A stretch of 32,000 bases of DNA, taken from contig CAZETV010000002.1 of NCBI GenBank assembly GCA_964514965.1, positions 150,001-182,000 on the forward strand, given 5' to 3'. The notes under the pieces are model-generated. The model searched no databases and was not told where the DNA came from. It was given only the letters and a program-made list of their open reading frames with translations. The translations under genes and the position numbers were made by a program. The first letter of the stretch is position 1. Each line of letters begins with the position of its first letter. This DNA is from Candidatus Hadarchaeota archaeon (GTDB lineage: Archaea > Hadarchaeota > Hadarchaeia > Hadarchaeales > Hadarchaeaceae). Of the stretch, positions 9,336 through 22,351 are shown piece after piece.

Positions 9336-10043
9336 TTACCTCTTACCAGTTCTCTTTGCTGCTATTAACCCCACCTTTTGCCCAGGCGGCGTACCCCTTC
9401 CAACGGTTTTCGGCCTTCCTGCATGCTTGCCTCTGCCTCCTCCGAAGGGATGGTCGACTACATTCATCGCGACGCCACGAACATGAGGGTATGGCTTACC
9501 CCGCGCGAGCATGGCGTAATGGCGCTTTCCGGCCTTGACGAACGGTTTTTCTTGACGCCCACTGCCAGCTACGACCCCCACGGTAGCTCGACAACGTGAG
9601 TTGAAATCCCTAATTTCCCCCGAAGGGAGCTGGATTGTCGCACGGCCGATGTCGTGGGCAATCAAGATAGCATGAGTGCCTGAGGCGCGAACAAAGCGTC
9701 CCCCATCCTTTGGTCTTGCTTCGATGTTGTGAAGCGGGGTGCCCTCCGGAATCTCAGCAAGTGAGAGCGTGTTGCCCACTTTGATAGGGACCGAGACACC
9801 ACACATTATTTTATCCCCCACCTTTAACCCCTCAGGTGCGAGCACTAAACGTTCTTCCTTATCGCCGTACCTTATCCTAGCCACCGGGGCACTCCTGCCA
9901 GGATCATGCAAGATGTCAATCACGACTGCTTCAGCCTCTTTTTCAGCTGCAGGGGACTTAACCTCACCAAGCTTTCGCCAAGACTTTGCACGATGGGTAG
10001 GCGACCCTTTGCCGAGTCTTTGAGCTCTTGTCCGCTTTCCCAT
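9336..10043 (-). CDS. rpl2: 50S ribosomal protein uL2
   Basis: 235 aa with the uL2 C-terminal signature [24 protein letters not shown]. Confidence 0.95.
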   Translation of the reverse strand: MGKRTRAQRLGKGSPTHRAKSWRKLGEVKSPAAEKEAEAVVIDILHDPGRSAPVARIRYGDKEERLVLAPEGLKVGDKIMCGVSVPIKVGNTLSLAEIPEGTPLHNIEARPKDGGRFVRASGTHAILIAHDIGRATIQLPSGEIRDFNSRCRATVGVVAGSGRQEKPFVKAGKRHYAMLARGKPYPHVRGVAMNVVDHPFGGGRGKHAGRPKTVGRGTPPGQKVGLIAAKRTGKR

Positions 10044-10306
10044 CAGATCATCCCCAGTTTCGATGCTATCTCGTCAGCCATAAATTCAGGCGCGAGCCTC
10101 ACATAAGCGCGTTTTCGTCCGTCTGGAATTATTTCTATTTTCACGTTGTCTACTTTCACTTCAAAAAGCAGCTCAATCGCGCGCTTCACGTCCAATCGGG
10201 TCGCATCGTTCGCCACGATAAACACGAGCTTATTTTCGGATTCGATTAACTTCACGACCTTCTCTGTGGCCTGGGGGTAAAGCACGACTTTATGCGGGTC
10301 CTTCAT
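10043..10306 (-). CDS. rpl23: 50S ribosomal protein uL23
   Basis: The track ORF extends to 10351. The uL23-like sequence begins at ATG 10306 (MKDPHKVVLYPQATEKVV...), which forms an ATGA overlap with the rpl4 stop. Confidence 0.9.
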   Translation of the reverse strand: MKDPHKVVLYPQATEKVVKLIESENKLVFIVANDATRLDVKRAIELLFEVKVDNVKIEIIPDGRKRAYVRLAPEFMADEIASKLGMI

Positions 10307-11091
10307 GCGAACAATCCTCCGGCGAGCTTTTGGATAGCTCCTTTTGTCCATACTGTAAGCCTTCCTGCAATTCCTCCAGGAGCGAGCTGTTCCGCGTTAA
10401 GAGTTCCAACTTTCACGACTTCGACACCGGGCAAGTTCCTCGCACCTAGTTTGATACCCTTGTCTTCCCCAACCACGATAAGTGGACCGACAGCCTGCCG
10501 ATATCGCCTGCCGCGCATCTTGCCGCGCCCAGCTCGAACTCGCTTACTTCTAGCAACGCGTTCCACATCCTGCCACAATCCGAGCTTTAGGAGAATCTCC
10601 TTCGTTTGGCTGGCTTTCCCGATTCCCTCAAGCTCGTTAGTTACTACAAGCGGGAGCTCAGAAACTTTTTCAAAAACGTGACCTCTAGAGCTGACCAATT
10701 TTTTATCTTTGGTAGCGGCGACCGTAGAGCGAATGGCAAGCCGGCGCTCTTTTCGGTTGATACGCTCTCGAAGAACCTTTTCGACTCTCGGTGGATGGGC
10801 CCGTCTACCTCCGACTGTGAAAGGAGCAAAAGCTCCATGCCCAGCAGCGGGGTAACGAGTTCCCTTCACGCGGCGAACTCTAGCAACGCCATGCCCCTTC
10901 CCCCATGTCTCGGCGGAAGTGCGCTTGCCCGCCATCCAGTCTGGTCCCCAAGATTGAAGCCGGGCAGTCTGGGCAGCCATCACCGCGCGCCTAATGATAT
11001 CAGGTCTAAACTGCTCATCAAAGATTGCTGGAATCTCAATCTCCTCCACGGGTTTACCCTCAAGAGAATATACGTGAACTTTCATCTTCAT
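10303..11091 (-). CDS. rpl4: 50S ribosomal protein uL4
   Basis: 262 aa of the uL4 family (SWGPDWMAGKRTSAETWGKGHGVARVRR). Synteny uL3-uL4-uL23. Confidence 0.95.
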   Translation of the reverse strand: MKMKVHVYSLEGKPVEEIEIPAIFDEQFRPDIIRRAVMAAQTARLQSWGPDWMAGKRTSAETWGKGHGVARVRRVKGTRYPAAGHGAFAPFTVGGRRAHPPRVEKVLRERINRKERRLAIRSTVAATKDKKLVSSRGHVFEKVSELPLVVTNELEGIGKASQTKEILLKLGLWQDVERVARSKRVRAGRGKMRGRRYRQAVGPLIVVGEDKGIKLGARNLPGVEVVKVGTLNAEQLAPGGIAGRLTVWTKGAIQKLAGGLFA

Positions 11092-12098
11092 GCACCCTGC
11101 TGGGAAGCTGTGCTTATGTAAGTAATAGAGGGAGGCGAAGTAGTAATTCTGGCAGGCAGGCGCATGGTTTGTCGGAGATGCACAAGCCTTTTCGTGGGGC
11201 CTGGTACCGAACCCGAGAGTACTATAAAATCTCCCTTGATTTGGCCATACCTAAGGAAACCCCCGCTCGGCGTCACCTCCTTTCCATCACCCCCAAGCTT
11301 CAAAATGCGCTTGTTGAAATCCGTGCGCTGGTGGTAGCCCATCTGTCCTGCGGCGGGGACGGTCCACATTACCCGCGCAGGCGACCAAGGCCCAAGCGTT
11401 CCAACTTGACGGTGCCCCTCCTTGGTCTTACGAGGCAAAATTTTGATTCCCCAACGCTTGACGGGCCCTTGAAATCCTTTGCCCTTGGTAATCGCGAGCA
11501 CATCGATATATTCGCCCTCTTTAAAAACATCTGCAACGCGAACCTGCTTTCCCAGCAACCCCTTACAGTAATTCCACCTTTCTTCTATCGTGCTGCCCCC
11601 GACGCGGATTTCGATCAAGTCTGGCTTTTTCTTGTGCACGTTGCTGGCACGGGGCTGGGTACACGCGAGTATACGAACATCGACAACTTTTCCTTCTTTA
11701 ATAAGAGCTTCTGCGCGTTCGACCGATTTCTGCTGGTCGTACTTTTTGGGCAAGTTTATTTTTTTAGCAAGGTCCTTCGGTAGCTCGCTCACCCAGATAT
11801 CCGTTGCAGCGTTGAGCCCCCGAGTTGTCGAGCTGTACAGACGAGCAGAACAGATGACAAGAGGGGGGGTCTCGACGACCGTAGCAGAAATATTTATCTC
11901 TTGACCCGAGGTCAGGCTACTCTTGCGATCGTCTATCATAAAGACTTGAGTCATCCCTGCCTTGTAGCCGACAAACTCTTGGAGGCGTAAGGTAGCTTCC
12001 GCTGGCCAAGCCCGCACATGGGCGACTGGGCGTGGGGCTCGCACTCTTGGCATATAGGCGAGTGAGCCCCGTCTTGGACGGTGTTTTCGCCCCCCCAT
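11088..12098 (-). CDS. rpl3: 50S ribosomal protein uL3
   Basis: 336 aa; HRPRRGSLAYMPR...FVGYKAGMTQV is typical archaeal uL3. Confidence 0.95.
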   Translation of the reverse strand: MGGRKHRPRRGSLAYMPRVRAPRPVAHVRAWPAEATLRLQEFVGYKAGMTQVFMIDDRKSSLTSGQEINISATVVETPPLVICSARLYSSTTRGLNAATDIWVSELPKDLAKKINLPKKYDQQKSVERAEALIKEGKVVDVRILACTQPRASNVHKKKPDLIEIRVGGSTIEERWNYCKGLLGKQVRVADVFKEGEYIDVLAITKGKGFQGPVKRWGIKILPRKTKEGHRQVGTLGPWSPARVMWTVPAAGQMGYHQRTDFNKRILKLGGDGKEVTPSGGFLRYGQIKGDFIVLSGSVPGPTKRLVHLRQTMRLPARITTSPPSITYISTASQQGA

Positions 12099-12099
12099 T

Positions 12100-12960
12100 T
12101 TATCCCTCGTTGAGCGTGTTCAGCAGCGCGAGCGTTGCTACAAGCGCTTCCTCAGTTCGAACGGTGGCGGCCCCTTGGCTCAGGATCGTATTGATTACGA
12201 CGCCAAAGAGTTTTCCAGCATCGACGCCTTGGCGTTTGCAGATTTCGAAGAGGCCCGCATAAGAGCCCCCGAAAGCCACCGTCACGCTATGAGGTTTGCT
12301 ACTCTCTATCGCTTGCATTACCCCATATAAATTTTGCCCGTGTCGTGAAGTCCCTATAACATAATCTGCTTTCAGGACTTTTAAAGCATCTGCGAGGGTT
12401 TTCGCCTGCATAACTTCATAGCCCCAATATTCGCTGACTTCGCTCCGTGATACCCGCTCGATTGCGCGTTTGCCCTCACCTAAACTTTCGCCGAGTCTAA
12501 CCGTTACCCGTTGACCAACACTGAGTTTTTCACTTGTAAGACCACGCTCACGTATCCCAAGTTCAAGTAGGCTCCCATTTTTATCCACATCTATAACAAC
12601 GGCTTCACGATAATTGCCGACGGCAGTTTTTTCACCTACAAGCGGGTGGGAGGGTATACGCAGCGGCGGTAGCAAACCAGCGTAGCGAAGCTCTCGTGAA
12701 TGTGGAAATATGAGTTTGCGCAGATATTGTGGCGTTTCCATATACTGCAAAAGTGTTGAAATAATTCTAGCCTCAAAGGCTTGATTTTTAACATGGGGAT
12801 CATCATCATTATAGATGCAAACCTTATCAACGCGGAAAATCGCCAGCGCACGCCCGATTAAACCAATCTTGAATGTTTTCTGCCGAAGGTCAGGTGCATC
12901 AGCAAAAAGCGAAGAAGGCAGCAGCACGAAAAAAGATTTGGATTTTCTTGACATCATCAC
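12100..12960 (-). CDS. Putative RNA methyltransferase, DUF171 / SPOUT superfamily (COG2106, MTH1-like)
   Basis: 286 aa with the family pattern as I recall it (LLPSSL...IGRALAIFRVDKVCIY..., C-terminal knot region INTILSQGAATVRTEEA). Directly upstream of rpl3, a recurrent position for this family in archaea. Confidence 0.75.
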   Translation of the reverse strand: MMMSRKSKSFFVLLPSSLFADAPDLRQKTFKIGLIGRALAIFRVDKVCIYNDDDPHVKNQAFEARIISTLLQYMETPQYLRKLIFPHSRELRYAGLLPPLRIPSHPLVGEKTAVGNYREAVVIDVDKNGSLLELGIRERGLTSEKLSVGQRVTVRLGESLGEGKRAIERVSRSEVSEYWGYEVMQAKTLADALKVLKADYVIGTSRHGQNLYGVMQAIESSKPHSVTVAFGGSYAGLFEICKRQGVDAGKLFGVVINTILSQGAATVRTEEALVATLALLNTLNEG

Positions 12961-14414
12961 TAACCCTTTGCAACTCCCACAGGTTTCAAGCGTGCAACCA
13001 TTCGAGCGATTCCCGCCTTATGGGACACCTCACAGACCTTATGGATATCTTTATAACTCTTTGGCGCCTCCTCCGCAATTATCGAAATCTTAGCCGCTCG
13101 CACTATGATCCCCTTCGACTCGAGCTCTTTCTTCACATCTTCACCCCAAAACTGCTTGAGTGCTGCTGTGCGGCTCATGTGGCGCCCTGCGCCGTGGGCG
13201 GTTGATGCAAACGTTTCCTGCATCGCCCGCTCGGTGCCCACGAGCACATAGGATGCAGTCCCCATGTCCCCCGGAATAAGCACTGGTTGCCCAACGCTAC
13301 GATACAGTTCGGGCACACTGGGATGCCCGGGCGGAAACGCTCTTGTAGCACCTTTTCGATGTACACAAACTTTCTTGCGTCCCCCGTCAATCTGGTGTTC
13401 CTCAAATTTAGCGATGTTATGCGCGAGTCCATAAACGAGATGGAGACCCAATTTTTCTGCGTCCTGTCCAAAGACTTGCTCGAACGAGTCCCTCACCCAA
13501 TGCGTGATCATTTGTCTATTTGTGAAACCATAATTTGCAGCGCAAGCCATCGCTGCAAGATATGACTGCCCCTCAGGCGAATTTATCGGTACATTGACGA
13601 GCTCTCTATCCGGGAGAGTTATGCCATATTTTCTAACGGTGCGTTCCATAGTTCTTAAATAGTCCGAGCAGACCTGATGACCCAGACCTCTCGACCCGGT
13701 GTGAATCGTGACCGTTACTTGCCCTTCATGGGTTATCCCAAAAGAGGAAGCAACTTCTTGGTCAAAAATTTTATCAACCACTTGAACCTCCAAGAAATGA
13801 TTTCCACTTCCAAGGCTGCCAAGCTGGGGGAGACCGCGCTCTTTTGCACGCTGACTTACTCTACTCGCATCAGCACCAGCAAGACATCCTCCCTCTTCAA
13901 GCCTTTCCATGTCCTCTTTCCAGCCAAACCCATTCTCGACAGCCCACTTTACTCCGTTCTCAAGAACTTCATCAAGCTGGGAATAGGTAAGCTTGACCTT
14001 CCCCCTGCTGCCCAGCCCTGATGGCACGTTCCGGAAGAACGCATCTACGAGTTCGCGGAGTTTCGGCTCGATGTCTTTTTTGTCAAAATTAGTCAGCAAC
14101 AACCGCACTCCACAGTTGATGTCATATCCCACACCGCCTGGGCTAACGACGCCCGTCTCAGCGTCGGTAGCCGCAACCCCACCTATCGGAAATCCGTATC
14201 CTTGATGACCATCTGGGAGCGTTATCGAGTATTTGTAAATGCCCTGCAGAAAAGATACATTCGTGGCTTGCTCCAACGTTAGATCCCTGCACATCTCATT
14301 TAACAGCTCGGAGTCAGCGTATATCCTAACTGGAACTCGCATCCCGGACTTGCAGTCCTTAGGAATCTCCCACCGCACATCGTCGATTTTTTTAATCTTA
14401 TCCATCCACACCAT
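12960..14414 (-). CDS. rtcB: RNA-splicing ligase RtcB (3'-phosphate/5'-hydroxyl ligase)
   Basis: 484 aa with all RtcB hallmark segments: GGVGYDINCGVRLL, GSLGSGNHFLEVQ, HTGSRGLGHQVCSDY, STAHGAGRHMSR. No intein-sized insertion. Confidence 0.97.
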   Translation of the reverse strand: MVWMDKIKKIDDVRWEIPKDCKSGMRVPVRIYADSELLNEMCRDLTLEQATNVSFLQGIYKYSITLPDGHQGYGFPIGGVAATDAETGVVSPGGVGYDINCGVRLLLTNFDKKDIEPKLRELVDAFFRNVPSGLGSRGKVKLTYSQLDEVLENGVKWAVENGFGWKEDMERLEEGGCLAGADASRVSQRAKERGLPQLGSLGSGNHFLEVQVVDKIFDQEVASSFGITHEGQVTVTIHTGSRGLGHQVCSDYLRTMERTVRKYGITLPDRELVNVPINSPEGQSYLAAMACAANYGFTNRQMITHWVRDSFEQVFGQDAEKLGLHLVYGLAHNIAKFEEHQIDGGRKKVCVHRKGATRAFPPGHPSVPELYRSVGQPVLIPGDMGTASYVLVGTERAMQETFASTAHGAGRHMSRTAALKQFWGEDVKKELESKGIIVRAAKISIIAEEAPKSYKDIHKVCEVSHKAGIARMVARLKPVGVAKG

Positions 14415-14463
14415 TCTTTCACCTTTAAACTAAACGGTGTTTACAGCGTTAATTACCCTTTTG

Positions 14464-14488
14464 TTTGAAAAACATGCAATTTTTCAAA
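14464..14488 (-). terminator. Perfect 9-bp inverted repeat (TTTGAAAAA-7 nt-TTTTTCAAA) overlapping the archease stop codon; possible attenuator/terminator hairpin with a T5 run
   Basis: Read directly: tttgaaaaa 14464-14472, catgcaa 14473-14479, tttttcaaa 14480-14488. Function is inferred only. Confidence 0.3.
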
Positions 14489-14909
14489 TATCGACGACCA
14501 CCTGCACCGAGCAACATTCAGGTTCGCACTTAATTTCCATCATGTGGTAGGTCATTGCCTTGACTGCAGTTCTCCCGAGGTGTTTAGTCGGGAAAAATGG
14601 TTCTCCCCAAGCTCTAGCAATGAGATTGAAGCCACTATTGGTGCCAGAAATCGCTACCTTGAACTTTGACATCACCAAATTTCGGGTGTCATGAAAGTAG
14701 AGCAATTTATCTAACCAATCGTAAAGCAACGCCCCCTCGTCCTCAGCCTCAAGCTCGATTTCAACCTCCTCGCGCGGTTCAACCTTGCTCGTGTCGACCA
14801 TCACCTCGAAGAGAGCAAGCGCTGCGTTCTCGAAGGCCTCAGCTAAGTCACGACCATAAGCGCGAAAGCCGATATCCGACGGGTGCTCAACCCACTCGAA
14901 GCGTTTCAT
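14484..14909 (-). CDS. Archease (RtcB activator)
   Basis: The archease-like sequence starts at ATG 14909: MKRFEWVEHPSDIGFRAYGRDLAEAFENAALALFEVM.... The 18 extra N-terminal codons of the track ORF read through tRNA-Ser and are spurious. A GTGAT Shine-Dalgarno-like element precedes ATG 14909. Adjacent to rtcB. Confidence 0.92.
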   Translation of the reverse strand: MKRFEWVEHPSDIGFRAYGRDLAEAFENAALALFEVMVDTSKVEPREEVEIELEAEDEGALLYDWLDKLLYFHDTRNLVMSKFKVAISGTNSGFNLIARAWGEPFFPTKHLGRTAVKAMTYHMMEIKCEPECCSVQVVVDI

Positions 14910-14921
14910 ATCATCACTTAG

Positions 14922-15006
14922 CGCCGGGGAAGGGATTTGAACCCTTGAGGCCCAAAGGGCCACACGCTCTCAAGGCGTGCGCCTTACCTGACTTGGCTAC
15001 CCCGGC
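14922..15006 (-). tRNA. tRNA-Ser (anticodon TGA), class II with long variable arm, no encoded CCA
   Basis: Hand fold of the reverse strand: GCCGGGG TA GCC AAGTCAGGTAA GGC G CACGC CTTGAGA GCGTG TGGCCCTTTGGGCCTC AAGGG TTCAAAT CCCTT CCCCGGC G. All stems are Watson-Crick. Confidence 0.93.
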
Positions 15007-15049
15007 ACCAAAATGAAAGTATGTCTTTCACTAATTAACTATTTGAAAA

Positions 15050-15358
15050 TTAGGTCTTGAGCTCGATCTCGATCGCGACCTCTTCAGGCACTTGGATGCG
15101 CATGATTTGCCTCATCACTCGCTCGTCTGCCTGCATGTCGATTAAGCGCTTGTGCACGCGCAGCTCCCATCGATCCCATGTCGCCGTTCCTTCACCATCG
15201 GGCGATTTTCTCGTGGGCACCACTATCCTGCGCGTGGGTAGGGGAATTGGTCCCGAGAGCTTGATGCCGACTCGCTCCGCTATGCCGGAGATCTGCTTGC
15301 AGACCTCATCAAGCTTCTTTGGTTCTGTGCTTGAGAGCCTTATACGTGCCTTTTGCAA
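15050..15358 (-). CDS. rps10: 30S ribosomal protein uS10
   Basis: 102 aa with a TTG start preceded by GGTGGGGGAT. (M)[19 protein letters not shown] is the typical uS10 N-terminus. Confidence 0.95.
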   Translation of the reverse strand: MQKARIRLSSTEPKKLDEVCKQISGIAERVGIKLSGPIPLPTRRIVVPTRKSPDGEGTATWDRWELRVHKRLIDMQADERVMRQIMRIQVPEEVAIEIELKT

Positions 15359-15408
15359 TGATATCCCCCACCCTACCTAAAGGAGAGTGGATAATAAAAG
15401 AGTTGGGA

Positions 15409-16671
15409 CTACTTAGCAGGTGTCAGATCGATGCAAACCCCTGCTGCGATAGTCATCCCCATGTCACGCACAGCGAAGCGACTCAGTTGCGGGAGGTCAG
15501 CAGCCTTCTCGATTACCATGGGCTTGGTAGGCGTTATCTTAACTGTCGCCATGTCTCCCTTCTTTATGAATTCCGGCTTATCCTGAACCACTTCACCAGT
15601 CTTCGGGTCAAGCTTCTGGGTAATTTCTGATATAGTGCAAGCTATCTGCGCCGTGTGGGCGTGGAAAACCGGAGTATAGCCGGCAGCTAACGCCGTTGGA
15701 TGCTGCAGAACGGCAATTCGTGCGGTGAACTCCTTAGCCACGGTTGGAGGCGACTTCGGGTGTCCCGCAACATCACCCCGCCTTATCGCGGCCTTATCAA
15801 CTCCCCGAACGTTAAAGCCTATGTTGTCACCGGGCTCAGCCTGCGGTATTGTCTCATGGTGCATCTCAATCGATTTTACCTCTGCATTTACTCCCGCAGG
15901 TTCAAAGATGAGAGTGTCCCCAACTTTCAATACTCCTGTTTCAACCCTCCCCACGGGCACTGTTCCAACTCCAGTAATCGAATACACGTCCTGTACAGGC
16001 AGACGAAGCGGCTTGTCGACGGGTTTCGAAGGTACAGAGAACGCATCCAGCGAGGCGAAAAAGACGGGACCTGTATACCACTTCATCTTGTCGCTAGCTT
16101 TAGTCACGTTATCCCCATGAAATGCCGAAACGGGAACAAACGTGAATTTTTCTGGATTCTTGTAGCCAACCGTTCTCAGCAGGTCAATAATCTCATCTTT
16201 GAGCTTGTTAAACACATCCTCTTTGTAACTCACGACGTCCATCTTATTTACAACAATCACCAGTTGCCCGACCCCAAGAGTAAAGGCAAGTGCCGCGTGC
16301 TCCCGTGTTTGAGGCATGATTCCATCGTCAGCCGCGACCACGAGCACCGCTGCGTCGGCTTGGCTTGCTCCAGTGATCATATTTTTCACGAAGTCCCGAT
16401 GACCTGGGGCATCGATGACAGTAAAGGAGTAATTGTTCGTTTCGAACTTCTTGTGCGCAAGATCAATTGTAAGTCCCCGCTCTCGCTCTTCCTTAAGGGC
16501 GTCCATTACCCAAGCGAACTTGAAAGTCTTACCTCTGTCACCCATCGCCTCGAATTTTCTTATATCCTCCTCTTTCACCAATCCCCTGTCGTAAAAGGTT
16601 CTCCCTACCAATGTGGATTTACCGTGATCCACATGCCCAATTGTTATCAGGTTCAAGTGAGGTTTCACCAT
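15409..16671 (-). CDS. tuf: Translation elongation factor aEF-1alpha
   Basis: 420 aa with G-domain motifs [17 protein letters not shown] and NKMD. Synteny uS7-EF1alpha-uS10. Confidence 0.97.
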   Translation of the reverse strand: MVKPHLNLITIGHVDHGKSTLVGRTFYDRGLVKEEDIRKFEAMGDRGKTFKFAWVMDALKEERERGLTIDLAHKKFETNNYSFTVIDAPGHRDFVKNMITGASQADAAVLVVAADDGIMPQTREHAALAFTLGVGQLVIVVNKMDVVSYKEDVFNKLKDEIIDLLRTVGYKNPEKFTFVPVSAFHGDNVTKASDKMKWYTGPVFFASLDAFSVPSKPVDKPLRLPVQDVYSITGVGTVPVGRVETGVLKVGDTLIFEPAGVNAEVKSIEMHHETIPQAEPGDNIGFNVRGVDKAAIRRGDVAGHPKSPPTVAKEFTARIAVLQHPTALAAGYTPVFHAHTAQIACTISEITQKLDPKTGEVVQDKPEFIKKGDMATVKITPTKPMVIEKAADLPQLSRFAVRDMGMTIAAGVCIDLTPAK

Positions 16672-16725
16672 TCATATCTCCTCCTATCTAATTCCAATTT
16701 GCGCGTGCATTTTAAAAGCCTTGCG

Positions 16726-17331
16726 TTATCTCGCCCCTCTCGCTATTCGCTCAGTCTCACCTTTTCGCGCCACAGCGAAACTTTTCATGTCGTTGCTAGC
16801 AGCCATGATGAGTTCCTCAGCAAGGCACTCCTCGATAGGTTTTTTGTTCGAGAAAGACGCTGCGAAGCTCCCGGCCGCGAGATTCTTGAGTGCGATGTCG
16901 AGCCTCCGCTGGGGGGAAGAGTCGACTGCGACGTAATAGGTTATCCCTCCGTAACTTATCCGGGTAGTCTCCTCGCGTGGGGCCGAATTCTGTATGGCCT
17001 CAATCAAAACTTGAACAGGATTTCTATTCGTCCGCTTTTCGATAATCTCAAATGACTTACGCACAATGTTATATTCCTTGTATTTTTTGCCGCAGGCTTT
17101 GGCGCCGCGGATTGCCTTGCCCCCAAGCTTCCTCACGCCCGGCCCTGAACGCATAATTTTATTTATCAACCGCTCGACGATCGGCGCACTCGCTTTTCCA
17201 AATTGTTTGCGGGAATGCCTTCCGCCGCCATGCAAAACCATACCTGGCTCCAGTCGAATGTACTGCTTCAGCCCGAGGTCCTCTATCGCAATACCGTCGA
17301 CTGACCACTTGTCGAAGTACTTGAACTCCAT
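16726..17331 (-). CDS. rps7: 30S ribosomal protein uS7
   Basis: The track ORF extends to 17376. ATG 17331 (MEFKYFDKWSVDG...) is preceded by GGTGATTGG overlapping the rps12 stop, which gives a standard coupled start. Confidence 0.92.
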   Translation of the reverse strand: MEFKYFDKWSVDGIAIEDLGLKQYIRLEPGMVLHGGGRHSRKQFGKASAPIVERLINKIMRSGPGVRKLGGKAIRGAKACGKKYKEYNIVRKSFEIIEKRTNRNPVQVLIEAIQNSAPREETTRISYGGITYYVAVDSSPQRRLDIALKNLAAGSFAASFSNKKPIEECLAEELIMAASNDMKSFAVARKGETERIARGAR

Positions 17332-17335
17332 CCAA

Positions 17336-17773
17336 TCACCGCGCTGGCTTCTCCTTGCGCCCCTCCACGAGCTCATTCAGCGAGACATCATTCACTTTAA
17401 TCACCTTGTAGCGAACGCCAGGAATATCGCCGTAAGAACCACCTTTCGCACCCCCTATCCCCTCGATGACGACCTCGTCGTGCTCATCGATGAACCCAAT
17501 TGCGCCATCTCTAGGGGCGAAGGCAGTTACCTGACGACTATTCTTGATGAGTTGAACGCGAACGCATTTCCTAATCGCGGAGTTTGGCTGTTTGGCTTCG
17601 ATCCCAACCTTTTCGAGTACAATTCCCCTTCCTTGCGGCGACCCTTCGAGAGGGTCAGCTTTTTCGTCAAGTCTGAGCACCCGTCGCTTGTATTGAGCAC
17701 TCTTCCATCTATACTGCTGCCTTTTGGAACCCAGTTTCCGAGCTGCAAATTCCCCTCTGGAACCTTTACTCAT
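17336..17773 (-). CDS. rps12: 30S ribosomal protein uS12
   Basis: 145 aa containing the uS12 core segment [27 protein letters not shown]. Confidence 0.96.
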   Translation of the reverse strand: MSKGSRGEFAARKLGSKRQQYRWKSAQYKRRVLRLDEKADPLEGSPQGRGIVLEKVGIEAKQPNSAIRKCVRVQLIKNSRQVTAFAPRDGAIGFIDEHDEVVIEGIGGAKGGSYGDIPGVRYKVIKVNDVSLNELVEGRKEKPAR

Positions 17774-17816
17774 AATTCCCCACCTAAAAGAACACTTTCC
17801 TTTCCAACCTTAAAAA

Positions 17817-18241
17817 TCAAACAAGTGAGAGGTCTTGAATCCCATGATGGCGGAGGGCAAGTTTCTTTGCGCACTGGATTTTTCTGCCTCCTCGACCGAT
17901 GGCTATTCCTCGGTCTTGTTCTTCGATGTCTATTAACGCGATTTTCTTGCCTTCACGTTCGACGATGTTGACTCCCCTGACCTTTGCGGGCATTAATATA
18001 TTTTTTACGAACTTTGCTGGGTCTGCAGAGTATTCGACGACCTCGACGCTTTTCCCGATTATTCGCTTTGTCCTTTTAATCTTATTTCCACCTTTACCTA
18101 TGACAAAACCAATATCTCCCATTTTCACAACGAAGGTGAGCCTAGCTCCATTTTCGTGAATTATACAATCGTGAACCCTCGCTCCCGTCAATCCCTCAAA
18201 GAGGGCGATGTAGCGCATTTCATCGGCGCTGAGTTTAATGC

Positions 18242-18245
<4 letters not shown>
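17817..18245 (-). CDS. nusA: Archaeal NusA-like transcription factor (two KH domains)
   Basis: 142 aa with two GXXG KH loops (GKGGNKIKR, GRGGRKIQ). Conserved position between eL30 and uS12. Confidence 0.9.

Positions 18246-22351
<4,106 letters not shown>

Noticed and set aside
14910-14963. N-terminal 18 codons of the 159-aa archease ORF (MALWASRVQIPSPALSDD)
   Set aside because: These codons are the translation of the tRNA-Ser T-arm and acceptor stem. The archease family sequence and a GTGAT Shine-Dalgarno-like element begin at ATG 14909.
16672-16725. Missing elongation factor 2 (fusA) between rps7 and tuf, as a possible deletion
   Set aside because: The 54-nt junction is clean. EF-2 is encoded elsewhere in many archaeal lineages, so this is a lineage trait and not an anomaly.
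15700-17055. 451-aa ORF on the plus strand, the longest plus-strand ORF in the window
   Set aside because: It is entirely antisense to EF-1alpha and uS7, both of which have unmistakable family motifs. The translation is Ser/Arg/Leu/His-rich with no recognisable domain. It is a typical shadow ORF opposite a highly codon-biased gene.
17066-17971. 301-aa plus-strand ORF
   Set aside because: Antisense to uS7, uS12 and nusA, with no motif, start context or Shine-Dalgarno element. The same shadow-ORF explanation applies. It also applies to 11025..11783 (opposite rpl3), 3335..3943 (opposite rpl6) and the other plus-strand ORFs in the track.
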